This document shows, piece by piece, positions 27,422-36,195 of a DNA stretch of 64,000 nucleotides. The notes under the pieces are model-generated. The model was not told where the DNA came from, did not search any database, and saw only the letters and a list, made by a program, of their open reading frames with translations. This stretch comes from an uncultured Acidobacteriaceae bacterium (lineage in GTDB: Bacteria > Acidobacteriota > Terriglobia > Terriglobales > Acidobacteriaceae): NCBI GenBank assembly GCA_963752985.1, contig CAVWAN010000012.1:98933-162932 (forward strand). Reading direction: 5' to 3'. Position numbers and translations under genes: made by a program. How positions within the stretch are numbered: position 1 is the first letter of the stretch; each line of letters opens with the position of its first letter.

Positions 27422-28396
27422 ATGAACCGGACGACGCGGTGGCATTACTACCGGCGTATCTTCAGCGCTTATCTTGGTTCCGGACAAAGCCAGCTGACGT
27501 TCTGGCACGAAACACCGGAGATCAATCCGCGCGCCACCGCCACACGGCTCGGCGAATACTACATGCTGTTTCGCGAGAAGGCCCACTACTCCGGGCATTA
27601 CGATGATGCCGGAATTCCGATGCTTCAGTACCACGGAGCGATTGGCCTGCAATACAACCCGATCGCAATCGCACAGTGGGGGCTCGCGAACTACAACTAT
27701 TTCTGCGAGACCGGGGAAGGCTGGGGCAAGACTCTCAGAGCAGCCGACTGGCTCGCTGCGAACCTCGAGCAGAATGCTCACGGGCTCTGGGTGTGGAACC
27801 ATCATTTTGACTGGGATTATCGCGATCCGCTGAGGGCGCCGTGGTATTCAGGGCTCGCTCAAGGACAGGGAGTTTCACTGCTTTTGCGGGCCCATGCGCA
27901 TGCCGGAGACGAGAAGTACCGGCAGGCGGCCGATAAAGCTTTTGTCTCGCTCACTCGCCCCATTGCCGAAGGTGGAGTGCTCTTTGAAGACGAGAAGAGG
28001 AACCTCTGGATCGAGGAATATCTGGTTGATCCGCCGACGCATATTTTGAACGGATTCATCTGGGCGCTGTGGGGAGTGTTCGATTTCTGGCTGGCGCACG
28101 CGGATGCTTCAGCGAAACAAGTTTTCGATCGCGGCGTAGAGACGCTAATCCACAACCTGGAACGATACGATACCGGATACTGGTCACTCTATGAGCAATC
28201 CGGAACTCGGCTCAAAATGTTGGCGAGTCCCTTCTATCATCGATTGCACATCGTACAGTTGCGCGTGCTGTCGGAGTTGACGGCAGAGGTTCATTTTGCG
28301 GACGTCGCCGAGCGCTGGGAAGGCTATGCGCGTCGTCGCAGCAACCGGACCCGTGCATTGGTCGGGAAAAGCGTTTTCAAATTACTGCACTACTGA
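27422..28396 (+). CDS. D-glucuronyl C5-epimerase C-terminal-domain family protein
   Basis: GIPMLQY...YNPIAIAQWGL, PWYSGLAQGQGVSLLLRAH, WIEEY, HILNGFIWALWGVFDF, YDTGYWSLY and FYHRLHIVQLRVL fit the C5-epimerase domain family as remembered. Confidence 0.7.
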   Translation: MNRTTRWHYYRRIFSAYLGSGQSQLTFWHETPEINPRATATRLGEYYMLFREKAHYSGHYDDAGIPMLQYHGAIGLQYNPIAIAQWGLANYNYFCETGEGWGKTLRAADWLAANLEQNAHGLWVWNHHFDWDYRDPLRAPWYSGLAQGQGVSLLLRAHAHAGDEKYRQAADKAFVSLTRPIAEGGVLFEDEKRNLWIEEYLVDPPTHILNGFIWALWGVFDFWLAHADASAKQVFDRGVETLIHNLERYDTGYWSLYEQSGTRLKMLASPFYHRLHIVQLRVLSELTAEVHFADVAERWEGYARRRSNRTRALVGKSVFKLLHY

Positions 28397-28427
28397 TTTT
28401 CGAAAACCAGTTGCTCTAAACCATATC

Positions 28428-29684
28428 GTGAAGATTCTCTACGTTTCGCAATATTTTCCGCCGGAAATGGGAGCGCCAGCGGCGCGCGCCGCAGAGTTGT
28501 CCCGCCACTGGGCACGGATGGGGCATGAAGTAACTGTCCTTACCGGGTTCCCGAATCATCCGACCGGCATCGTACCCAAGGAGTGGCGATCGCGGCTCCA
28601 CAGGCTTCACTACTCCGAAACCGTCAATGGGGTGCACGTTGTTCGCACTTGGCTGTGGCCGCTGCCGAATCGAAAGGCGCACGAAAGGATTCGCAATTAC
28701 ACCTCGTTTTGCGTCTCGGCTGCCGTCAGCGGATTGCCTCTGTGCAAGCCAGATTTCGTTATCGCGACTTCTCCACAATTGTTGTGCGCGCTTGCGGGCT
28801 GGTGGATCGCATTTTGGAAGCGCGTCCCCTTCATCTTTGAGGTGCGCGATCTGTGGCCGGAATCGCTCGCGGCGGTCGGCGCCGGCGGCGAAGGAACCTT
28901 GCTTCATCGCACTCTGGGCGCCATCGCCGGGTTTCTTTACCGTCATGCCGAAAGTATTGTTGTCGTGTCGCCGGCTTTCAAAGACCACCTGATGCGTTAC
29001 TGGAATGTGCCAGAGACCAAGATTTCCATCGTCGAGAATGGCGTGGAGACCGATCTCTTTCGCTTCGACCCGGCGGCAGCAGCGGAAGTTCGTAAGCAAC
29101 TGAAAGTCGAAGATCGTTTTCTGATCTGCTACATCGGCACCATGGGCAATGCGCATGGATTGGAAACGTTGATCGCCGCCGCCGAAGAGATGCAGACTGC
29201 TCTGCCGGGCGCGATGTTCCTGCTGATTGGGGAAGGGGCGGAAAAAGAACGGATCGTGGAACTCGCCGCTGGGCGCGGATTGAGCAACATTCAGTTTCTT
29301 GGACAGCAGCCTCGGGAGCGGATTCCGGCATATGTTTCGGCTGCTGATCTCTGCCTGGTCATGCTGAAAAAGACCGAACTGTTCAAGACGGTGATTCCCA
29401 CCAAACTCCTCGAATACATGGCGTGCGAGCGTCCGGTCATCGTTGCCGTTGACGGGCAGGCTCGGCGGATTGTGGAAGAAGCCGGCGCGGGCGTTTTTGT
29501 GGAACCCGAAAACAGTGGAGCGCTGGTGCAGGCGATCCACGACCTGGCGGAAGATCCCGCGCGCCGACGGCAAATGGGAACCAGCGGGCGGCAATACATC
29601 GTCAACAGCTTTTCTCGCAAGAAAACGGCATGGGACTACATCGCTGTGCTTGAAACTCTCCGGGGATTGCACGGGAATCACTAA
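28428..29684 (+). CDS. glycosyltransferase family 4, WbuB-like
   Basis: The GTG at 28428 gives VKILYVSQYFPPEMGAPAARAAEL, typical of WbuB-type GT4. The C-terminal block is VIPTKLLEYMACERPVIVAV. Confidence 0.85.
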   Translation: MKILYVSQYFPPEMGAPAARAAELSRHWARMGHEVTVLTGFPNHPTGIVPKEWRSRLHRLHYSETVNGVHVVRTWLWPLPNRKAHERIRNYTSFCVSAAVSGLPLCKPDFVIATSPQLLCALAGWWIAFWKRVPFIFEVRDLWPESLAAVGAGGEGTLLHRTLGAIAGFLYRHAESIVVVSPAFKDHLMRYWNVPETKISIVENGVETDLFRFDPAAAAEVRKQLKVEDRFLICYIGTMGNAHGLETLIAAAEEMQTALPGAMFLLIGEGAEKERIVELAAGRGLSNIQFLGQQPRERIPAYVSAADLCLVMLKKTELFKTVIPTKLLEYMACERPVIVAVDGQARRIVEEAGAGVFVEPENSGALVQAIHDLAEDPARRRQMGTSGRQYIVNSFSRKKTAWDYIAVLETLRGLHGNH

Positions 29685-29789
29685 GGCAAGAACACAGGGA
29701 AGATGCAACGGGCCGCGCGGACATAGCCTGCCCGGTCTTCGGAAGCCCCCAAGCAAAGCCGGCGAGAATCCGAAGGCAGTGCCCGCGAC

Positions 29790-30782
29790 CTAAAAAGTCT
29801 GGACCCCAATGACTGCCAAGGTGGTGGACATCGCCACGGCTGCGTCCGCAGTGCGATAGGCCGCAGCCTTGGCCCCGCTTCCGGGTACGAACAATATGTC
29901 GCCTTTCGCCAGGGCCACATCGGGTGCCTTGGCATAAAATATTTTCTTGAGGTGGATAGGTATTTCCTGAATCCCGTTCGGCGTCTGGCGGATGATCCGG
30001 CTTTTGTTCAAGGCAGCGGTGCGGGTACCGCCGCCGGCCAGGGCCAGGGCTTTGAGAACACTGAGGGCGGTGTCTTCTGAAACTAGAAAGCCGCTGGGAC
30101 GCAGTACCTCGCCCACGACATAAACGATGCCCGCGCGCGAAACAATGATCAAGTCTCCCGGATAGATTTCCACGTTGTCTTGGGTATCCTCGGCCAAATT
30201 GTTAGACGACAGCTGAAGATCAACCTTCTTGCCGGGATCTCCGTGATGCTCGATGGTGACCATGCGGCCCGCTTTCTCGGTCAATCCTCCCGCGGCCGAG
30301 ATCAAGTCGAAAAGGCGGCGCTCGCCAATTGCAGGGTAGATTCCGGGGCGGATAACCTCTCCCATCACGTTGACGCCCTGCGAGCTGGATTCGTCCACAA
30401 AAATGGAAACGTGCGGGCCACGGACAAAGCCTCCATCCTCCAGGCGCTTCTGGATCAACTCCTGGGCTTCATCGGTAGTAAGGTCGGCAACGTGAACATA
30501 GTCAATCAGGGGAAGATAAACATCTCCCGAGCCACTGATCCGCGTCTTGGTCGAGAGATCGGGGACGCCGAACACCGTGATCTCGATCAGATCACCGATG
30601 CCAAGCTTCACATTGGAATTCGCAAGTGGACGAGGCGATTCAGGCGAAGCGGCCTGCTGGGCAGGCGCAGGCTGCGGTGTTTCCCCCGGAACCGGCGTCT
30701 GGGCCACAAGATTGAGGCTGCACAACCCAATCAGAAACACGTAGACGCTTCGCAAAATGAAGCGGCGATTCCACCCTGACAT
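29790..30782 (-). CDS. wza: polysaccharide export protein (Wza/OPX family, Poly_export + SLBB domains)
   Basis: Signal-like N-terminus. VKLGIGDLIEITVFGVPDLS (Poly_export) and two SLBB-like blocks (GVNVMGEVIRPGIY; IVYVVGEVLRPSGF). Confidence 0.8.
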   Translation of the reverse strand: MSGWNRRFILRSVYVFLIGLCSLNLVAQTPVPGETPQPAPAQQAASPESPRPLANSNVKLGIGDLIEITVFGVPDLSTKTRISGSGDVYLPLIDYVHVADLTTDEAQELIQKRLEDGGFVRGPHVSIFVDESSSQGVNVMGEVIRPGIYPAIGERRLFDLISAAGGLTEKAGRMVTIEHHGDPGKKVDLQLSSNNLAEDTQDNVEIYPGDLIIVSRAGIVYVVGEVLRPSGFLVSEDTALSVLKALALAGGGTRTAALNKSRIIRQTPNGIQEIPIHLKKIFYAKAPDVALAKGDILFVPGSGAKAAAYRTADAAVAMSTTLAVIGVQTF

Positions 30783-30978
30783 ACCAAGACTCCTGGATTT
30801 ACGCGTGAGTCGAGTTTAGCACACGCCGCCCAGTGAAATCGGAGCAGAAGGCTCTGTTTCCGAGGTCTCCCGGGTGGTCGCACGGGAGCGAGCGGGAGAG
30901 GGATTGGTCTTTTCGGCTAAACTTCTGCTTGGCTGCTTAATATCTCAAGTGTTTTGATATTGTTTCTCGTGGAATCTT

Positions 30979-31692
30979 ATGATGATTCGCAGAATGGTGG
31001 AGCATTTGAGTAGAGGCGTGGTCTTGCGCCGCCGTCTTCCCGCAAGATTTGGGCGCCTCCCGATATATGTGACGCCGGAGGCAGGTCTTCGATATTGGTC
31101 GGCCATGTCGCGAGTTGACCCGGTGCTTTATAGCATGGCAGAAGAGCTGGTGAAGCCAAACTCTGTCGTTTGGGACGTGGGCGCGAACGTGGGGCTCTTC
31201 AGCTTTTGTGCAGCCGCCGCCTCAGGTCCGCCCGGCTTCGTTTTGGCAATTGAGCCAGATTCCTGGCTCGCACACCTAATCACACGGTCCTGCCAAGAAA
31301 TTGCCCAATATGCATGTTCGAAGGTGCAAGTCTTGTGTGCGTCAATTTCAGATTCAAACCGCATCTCAAGTCTTGAAATAGCTGAAAGGGCGAGGGCGTC
31401 GAATCACTTGGTCGGAACGACCGGGTCGACTCAGGCAAGCGGCTTGCGATTTGTTCAGCCCACGGTCTCGCTGACTTTGGACTTCCTGCTGGATTATTTC
31501 CCTATTCCGTCAGTGTTGAAGATCGACGTGGAATCCCACGAGGTTAGTGTTTTGAAAGGAGCGGCACGGCTATTGAAAGAAATCCGGCCAACAATTTGGT
31601 GTGAGGTCCTGCACGAAAACTCGACAGAAGTCACGGAATTGTTGCACGCTGCGGGATGCATGGAGCGGAAGTTCAACCTCATCCGCCTATAG
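30979..31692 (+). CDS. FkbM-family methyltransferase
   Basis: VWDVGANVGLFS and KIDVESHEVSVLKGA are hallmark FkbM-family blocks. Confidence 0.8.
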   Translation: MMIRRMVEHLSRGVVLRRRLPARFGRLPIYVTPEAGLRYWSAMSRVDPVLYSMAEELVKPNSVVWDVGANVGLFSFCAAAASGPPGFVLAIEPDSWLAHLITRSCQEIAQYACSKVQVLCASISDSNRISSLEIAERARASNHLVGTTGSTQASGLRFVQPTVSLTLDFLLDYFPIPSVLKIDVESHEVSVLKGAARLLKEIRPTIWCEVLHENSTEVTELLHAAGCMERKFNLIRL

Positions 31693-31854
31693 AGCGGGCG
31701 TGGTTCCACACACTGGCAGTCCCGCTGCGAGACCATCCCCATTGTGAGCGTGGTTCCTGAACAGCTTTGGAATCGTTCCAGCTGTGCTGGCGATGTGGGA
31801 TATACTTTCTTGGCGGCAGGCGTGGATCGTTCCCTGTCAGGCCTTCCAAGATTG

Positions 31855-33609
31855 ATGACCATGAAGCTGGCAGAAGCCCTGAAGGTTGTTCAGTCAGCCC
31901 CCACCGATGCTCCTCCTCTGCCCATAGCTCTGTTGTGTGGTTTCACTCCCTTACATCTGGAAACATTCCTCCGGGCACAGCTGTGCGAATTGTTTCCCGG
32001 ACATTTTCCCGACGTGCAAACCGGTTTGTACGGTGACTTGATTGGCAACCTGCAGCGCGTGGCAGACGTTTCTGCGGCGGTAGTGGTAATCGAATGGGCT
32101 GATCTCGATCCCCGCCTGGGCCTGCGCCGGCTGGGTGGCTGGGAACCTTCCCAGTTGCAGGATATTCTCGCCGAAGTGAAGCGCAGCTGCGATCTTCTGC
32201 AGAAGGGCATGGCAGCGGCCGCGCGAAATATTCCGCTGGTGGTTAGTTTTCCGACTCTTCCGCTGGTTCCGGTTTCTGTTACCCCGCTGGCACGGGCGAG
32301 CGAGTTCACCCTTGAACTTCGCAGCTGTGTCGCCTCGCTTTGCGCTGCGCTGTCGCAGATTCCCGGCGTCAGAATCGTTGACGCTCAGCGACTGGATGCG
32401 CTGTCGTCCTCCCGGCGTCTGGATGTCAATGCCGATCTCTCGGCTGGCTTCCCCTATACCTTGACTCATGCTTCGGCGCTTGCCGAGGTGCTGGCTCGGT
32501 TAGTACTGAATCCGCAGCCCAAGAAGGGCCTGATCACGGATCTCGACGACACGCTCTGGAGTGGGATTCTGGGCGAGGTGGGAGTACAAGGAATCTCGTG
32601 GGACTTGGACAATCACAGCCAGATTCACGCGCTGTACCAGCAGTTGCTGCACTCCCTGGCGGCATCGGGGACGCTGATTGCCGTTGCCAGCAAAAACGAC
32701 CGCTCGCTGGTGGAAGAGGCGTTTGCCGCCCGAGAGCCTATCCTGCGCGCGACTGATGTTTTTCCCTTCGAGGTGCATTGGGGCGCGAAGTCTGAATCGG
32801 TGGCGCGCATCCTCGGCGCATGGAATATTTCGGCCAGCGATGTGGTGTATGTCGACGACAGCCCCATGGATCTTGCGGAGATCAAAGCGGCACATCCCGA
32901 AGCGGAATGTCTGCTGTTCCCACGCGAGAATCCGCAAGCCGCCTATGAGCTGTTGGAACGGCTGCGCGATTTGTTTGGCAAGGACAAGATCTCTCAGGAA
33001 GATGGCCTCCGCGCTGCCAGCCTGCGGGCCAACGCCCGCTTGCATCGTGATGTAGCGCAGGCTACGCCGGGTGCTGCGGGAGATTTTGTTCGCCAGATCG
33101 ACGGCCATCTGACTTTCACCTCGCAGAAACAGCCGCTCGATTCCCGGTCTCTGGAGTTGGTGAACAAGACCAACCAGTTCAACCTGAATGGCCGGCGCTT
33201 TCAAGAAGCCGAATGGCGAAATTGGCTGAATACGCCGGATGCCGTCCTGGTGGCAACCAGCTATCGCGACAAATACGGTCCTCTGGGAAAGATCGCTGTC
33301 ATTGCGGGCGATCTCTTGCATAGCGCCTCGACGGGGAAACGCAAGTTGTGCATCCGCACCTGGGTTATGAGTTGCCGCGCCTTTTCCCGCCTGATTGAAT
33401 ATGAGTGCGTGCGGTGGCTGTTTGCCAAGCTGGATGTAGAAGAACTTGAGTTTGACTTCGTGCCCACTGCGCGCAACACGCCCATACAGAACTTTTTGCA
33501 ACAGGTTCGTAATGCACCCGCGGAGCCGCACTGTCGTCTGTCCCGCGATCAATTCATGCTGAACTGCCCGGTATCAAGTCACCACGTCGAGGAATCGCCG
33601 AATGGCTGA
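31855..33609 (+). CDS. FkbH-like HAD-IIIC family protein (glyceryl-ACP forming type)
   Basis: GLITDLDDTLWSGILGEVG (HAD motif I, DxDxT), VASKND and VYVDDSP. The C-terminal domain is NKTNQFNLNGRR...WVMSCRAFSR. The start could be 31855 or 31861. Confidence 0.8.
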   Translation: MTMKLAEALKVVQSAPTDAPPLPIALLCGFTPLHLETFLRAQLCELFPGHFPDVQTGLYGDLIGNLQRVADVSAAVVVIEWADLDPRLGLRRLGGWEPSQLQDILAEVKRSCDLLQKGMAAAARNIPLVVSFPTLPLVPVSVTPLARASEFTLELRSCVASLCAALSQIPGVRIVDAQRLDALSSSRRLDVNADLSAGFPYTLTHASALAEVLARLVLNPQPKKGLITDLDDTLWSGILGEVGVQGISWDLDNHSQIHALYQQLLHSLAASGTLIAVASKNDRSLVEEAFAAREPILRATDVFPFEVHWGAKSESVARILGAWNISASDVVYVDDSPMDLAEIKAAHPEAECLLFPRENPQAAYELLERLRDLFGKDKISQEDGLRAASLRANARLHRDVAQATPGAAGDFVRQIDGHLTFTSQKQPLDSRSLELVNKTNQFNLNGRRFQEAEWRNWLNTPDAVLVATSYRDKYGPLGKIAVIAGDLLHSASTGKRKLCIRTWVMSCRAFSRLIEYECVRWLFAKLDVEELEFDFVPTARNTPIQNFLQQVRNAPAEPHCRLSRDQFMLNCPVSSHHVEESPNG

Positions 33610-33880
33610 GCTCGAGAGCCGTCTGGCTGAATGTTTTGCCATCGCTTTTCCGGAGCTTGATCCGCAGGAGATTCCTGCGGTGGCCATGGGTTCGCTGGCC
33701 AGCTGGGATTCACTGGCCGGCATCACCTTGCTTTCTCTGATTGAGGAGGAATTCGGCCTCAGCATATCGCCGGATGATGTTGCCGATCTGGTTTCTTTTG
33801 AGCTGATCTTGGATTATCTAAAGAAGGATTATCTAAGGAAGGATGATCTGCGAAGATTATCTCCGGAGGAGGCAGAGTGA
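33602..33880 (+). CDS. acyl carrier protein
   Basis: 92 aa with the phosphopantetheine site LASWDSLAGITLLSLIEEEFG (DSL). It overlaps both neighbouring genes. Confidence 0.8.
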   Translation: MAELESRLAECFAIAFPELDPQEIPAVAMGSLASWDSLAGITLLSLIEEEFGLSISPDDVADLVSFELILDYLKKDYLRKDDLRRLSPEEAE

Positions 33881-35076
33881 CGCTTGCGCCTAAGATCTTT
33901 TCTGCGGCTGACCTCAGGGTGGGACTCACGGCCGAGTACGAGCGCGAAATTGAAGAGTCGGATGTGCTCGGCTTCGCCGCAAACTCGGGGGACTTCAATC
34001 CTTTGCATGTGGATTCCGCCTTCGCCCAGCACAGCCGGTACTCGCAGCGCATTGTTCACGGTGCTTTTCAGATTGGCTTAGCCTCGGCTTTAATCGGCAT
34101 GCATTTGCCCGGCCGCGACGTGCTTTTGGGATCAGTCAATGCGCGTTTTCTCTCGCCTCTCTACTTTCCGTCTCGAGTTCGGGTGAGCGGGGAAGTCACG
34201 GCGTGGAACCCTGCATCTCTTGCCGGCAGCGTCCGGGTTACGGTGAGCGAACTTGCATCCCTTGCGCCAGCAGCAGAGATCACCATGGCTTTCACGCTGC
34301 AGACCGTGAAACCGGGGCAGCCCGCTAGCGTTCCGCAGCAATCGAGGCCGGCGGAAACGGCATTTTCCACGGACCGGAGAGTCGTGTTGCTCACGGGAGC
34401 ATCTGGAGGAATTGGCGCTGCCTTGCTGAAGGCCCTGGCGGAAGAATTTTCGGTGCTGGCGTTGGTTCACCGCCATCCCCTGCAGGAAAGGCCTCCCGAC
34501 ACCATGGAGGTGCAGGCCGATATCAGCGCTCCGGGTTGGGAACAAATTGTCACCGAGCGCCTTGGCGCCCATCCGCTGTATGGCATCGTCCATTGTGCGT
34601 GGGCCGGCATGCCTAAAGGCGGGCTGCTGCACAGCGATCCCCGGCTCATCGAGCAACAGCTTGCCTTCGGAACTTCCCACGTGGTGCGCCTGGCGCGTTT
34701 ACTTTTCAGTCTGGTTGGTTCTGATGGCGGGCGAATGGTGGCACTCGGGTCAGCTGCGGGTCACTACAAGCCTGCCTTGGGCCTGGGAGCTTATTCTCTC
34801 GCCAAGTCTGCTTTGGAAGACACGCTCCGGCTTCTCGCTCCAGAAATGGCTCGCAAGAAAATCAGCATCAATGCCGTGTGCCCAACTTTCGTGGCCGCCG
34901 GCATGAACGTGCAAGCCCAATCCGATGACTTGCAGATCAAGCGCGAACGAGCTTTGATTCCCATGGGTCGCCTTTGTGAGACCGGAGATGTCGTCGGTGC
35001 GGTCCGCTATCTTCTGTCACCGGCCGCCTCGTTCATTTCCGGGCAATCGATCGTGCTTGCCGGGGCGCAGCTGTAG
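33877..35076 (+). CDS. fusion of a MaoC-like (R)-hydratase/dehydratase hot-dog domain and a short-chain dehydrogenase/reductase
   Basis: The N-terminal part has the hydratase motif NSGDFNPLHVDSAFA. The C-terminal part has VLLTGASGGIGAAL (TGxxxGxG) and YSLAKSAL (YxxxK). Confidence 0.8.
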   Translation: MTLAPKIFSAADLRVGLTAEYEREIEESDVLGFAANSGDFNPLHVDSAFAQHSRYSQRIVHGAFQIGLASALIGMHLPGRDVLLGSVNARFLSPLYFPSRVRVSGEVTAWNPASLAGSVRVTVSELASLAPAAEITMAFTLQTVKPGQPASVPQQSRPAETAFSTDRRVVLLTGASGGIGAALLKALAEEFSVLALVHRHPLQERPPDTMEVQADISAPGWEQIVTERLGAHPLYGIVHCAWAGMPKGGLLHSDPRLIEQQLAFGTSHVVRLARLLFSLVGSDGGRMVALGSAAGHYKPALGLGAYSLAKSALEDTLRLLAPEMARKKISINAVCPTFVAAGMNVQAQSDDLQIKRERALIPMGRLCETGDVVGAVRYLLSPAASFISGQSIVLAGAQL

Positions 35077-35079
35077 GTC

Positions 35080-36186
35080 ATGGGTCCGCGCGCAAACAAG
35101 ATGCCAGAAGACGGGATCAAGAAAGGACTTCAGCTGCACGAGATAGCTCCTACAGACCTGGAGGACGTGGCTCGATTCCTCAGCCGCGAGTCGGGATCGG
35201 GCACGTCCCTTCCTCGCGTCCTGGAGCGGCTCTCTTGGATACTGCTGGAAAACCCTGCGCGCGAACCGGACGATCCTTTGGGGTGGTTTCTCCGTACACC
35301 GTCCGGCGAAGTCGCCGGCTGCATGTGCTGCACTCCCCAGAAGTTCTGCTTTGGTCAGACGGCGTTTACGCTGATGGTGGCCAATTCGTTTTACGTGGAT
35401 AACCAATATCGCGGAAGTGGCACATCGATTTTCCTGAAGTATTTGCAACTGGGCCGCCGCTACCCTTTGTTCGTCACTTCTGCCAATGCGACCGTGGCAG
35501 AAATGTGGCAGAAGCTTGGCGGGTATCCCTTGGGGAATTCGGACTGCGAAGTCATTGGCATAGTGCGCTGGCCGCCGTTGCTGGCAGAAAGCGTTTACCG
35601 CAAGACGGGAAGCGATGGCATGGCCCGATTCGCGGCCGCTCTGGCATCTCCCTGGTTTCGTGCGCGGCGCCGGCTAGCTCTGGACGCCGACGAAGGAACC
35701 CTCCTGCCGCTCGGTAGCCCTGAGGATGCGGCTCGCGTCTGCGCGGAGCAGCGCAGCGACAAGATCACGAGTTGCCGGGATATCCCGTTTCTCAAATGGC
35801 GCTACTTCTCGCGGGTTGGCCCCATGACTCGCCTGTTTGCGTTTCGCCCGCGTGACGGCGACAAAAAACAATTCATGGTCGCGGTTTGCTTACAGAATCG
35901 CGGATACAAACAACAGATAAGAGCCTTGCACATACTGGATATCTGGGGAGAGTCGGATTCGAACTGCTATCTCGCAATCGCTGCCGGTTTGTGGCGCGAG
36001 TATCGTGCGCAGATTGATATGCTGGTATTCCGCTGCCTCAATCCTGAGCAGCAGCAAGCTCTAGCGGCCCACGGCTTCAAGGTTCGTTCGTTTGCAGCGC
36101 CCATTGCCTGGTGCATGGACAAGTATGGGCTGCTTCCATCGAAGACTTGGTATGTTGTGCCAGCCGATGGCGACATGTTTCTGTGA
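35080..36186 (+). CDS. hypothetical protein with a GNAT-like acyltransferase fold (two-lobed, FemAB/CelD-like?)
   Basis: FYVDNQYRGSGTSIFLKYL resembles the GNAT Q/RxxGxG/A cofactor loop. At 368 aa it could hold two GNAT-like lobes. Function is inferred from context. Confidence 0.5.
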   Translation: MGPRANKMPEDGIKKGLQLHEIAPTDLEDVARFLSRESGSGTSLPRVLERLSWILLENPAREPDDPLGWFLRTPSGEVAGCMCCTPQKFCFGQTAFTLMVANSFYVDNQYRGSGTSIFLKYLQLGRRYPLFVTSANATVAEMWQKLGGYPLGNSDCEVIGIVRWPPLLAESVYRKTGSDGMARFAAALASPWFRARRRLALDADEGTLLPLGSPEDAARVCAEQRSDKITSCRDIPFLKWRYFSRVGPMTRLFAFRPRDGDKKQFMVAVCLQNRGYKQQIRALHILDIWGESDSNCYLAIAAGLWREYRAQIDMLVFRCLNPEQQQALAAHGFKVRSFAAPIAWCMDKYGLLPSKTWYVVPADGDMFL

Positions 36187-36195
36187 GGCTACAGT

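Noticed and set aside
26843-33552. Long minus-strand ORFs 26843-27805, 28416-29756 and 32500-33552
   Set aside because: They are antisense to the methyltransferase/epimerase-like genes, the WbuB-like GT4 and the FkbH-like gene. No recognisable motifs and Arg/Pro/Gly-rich shadow composition.
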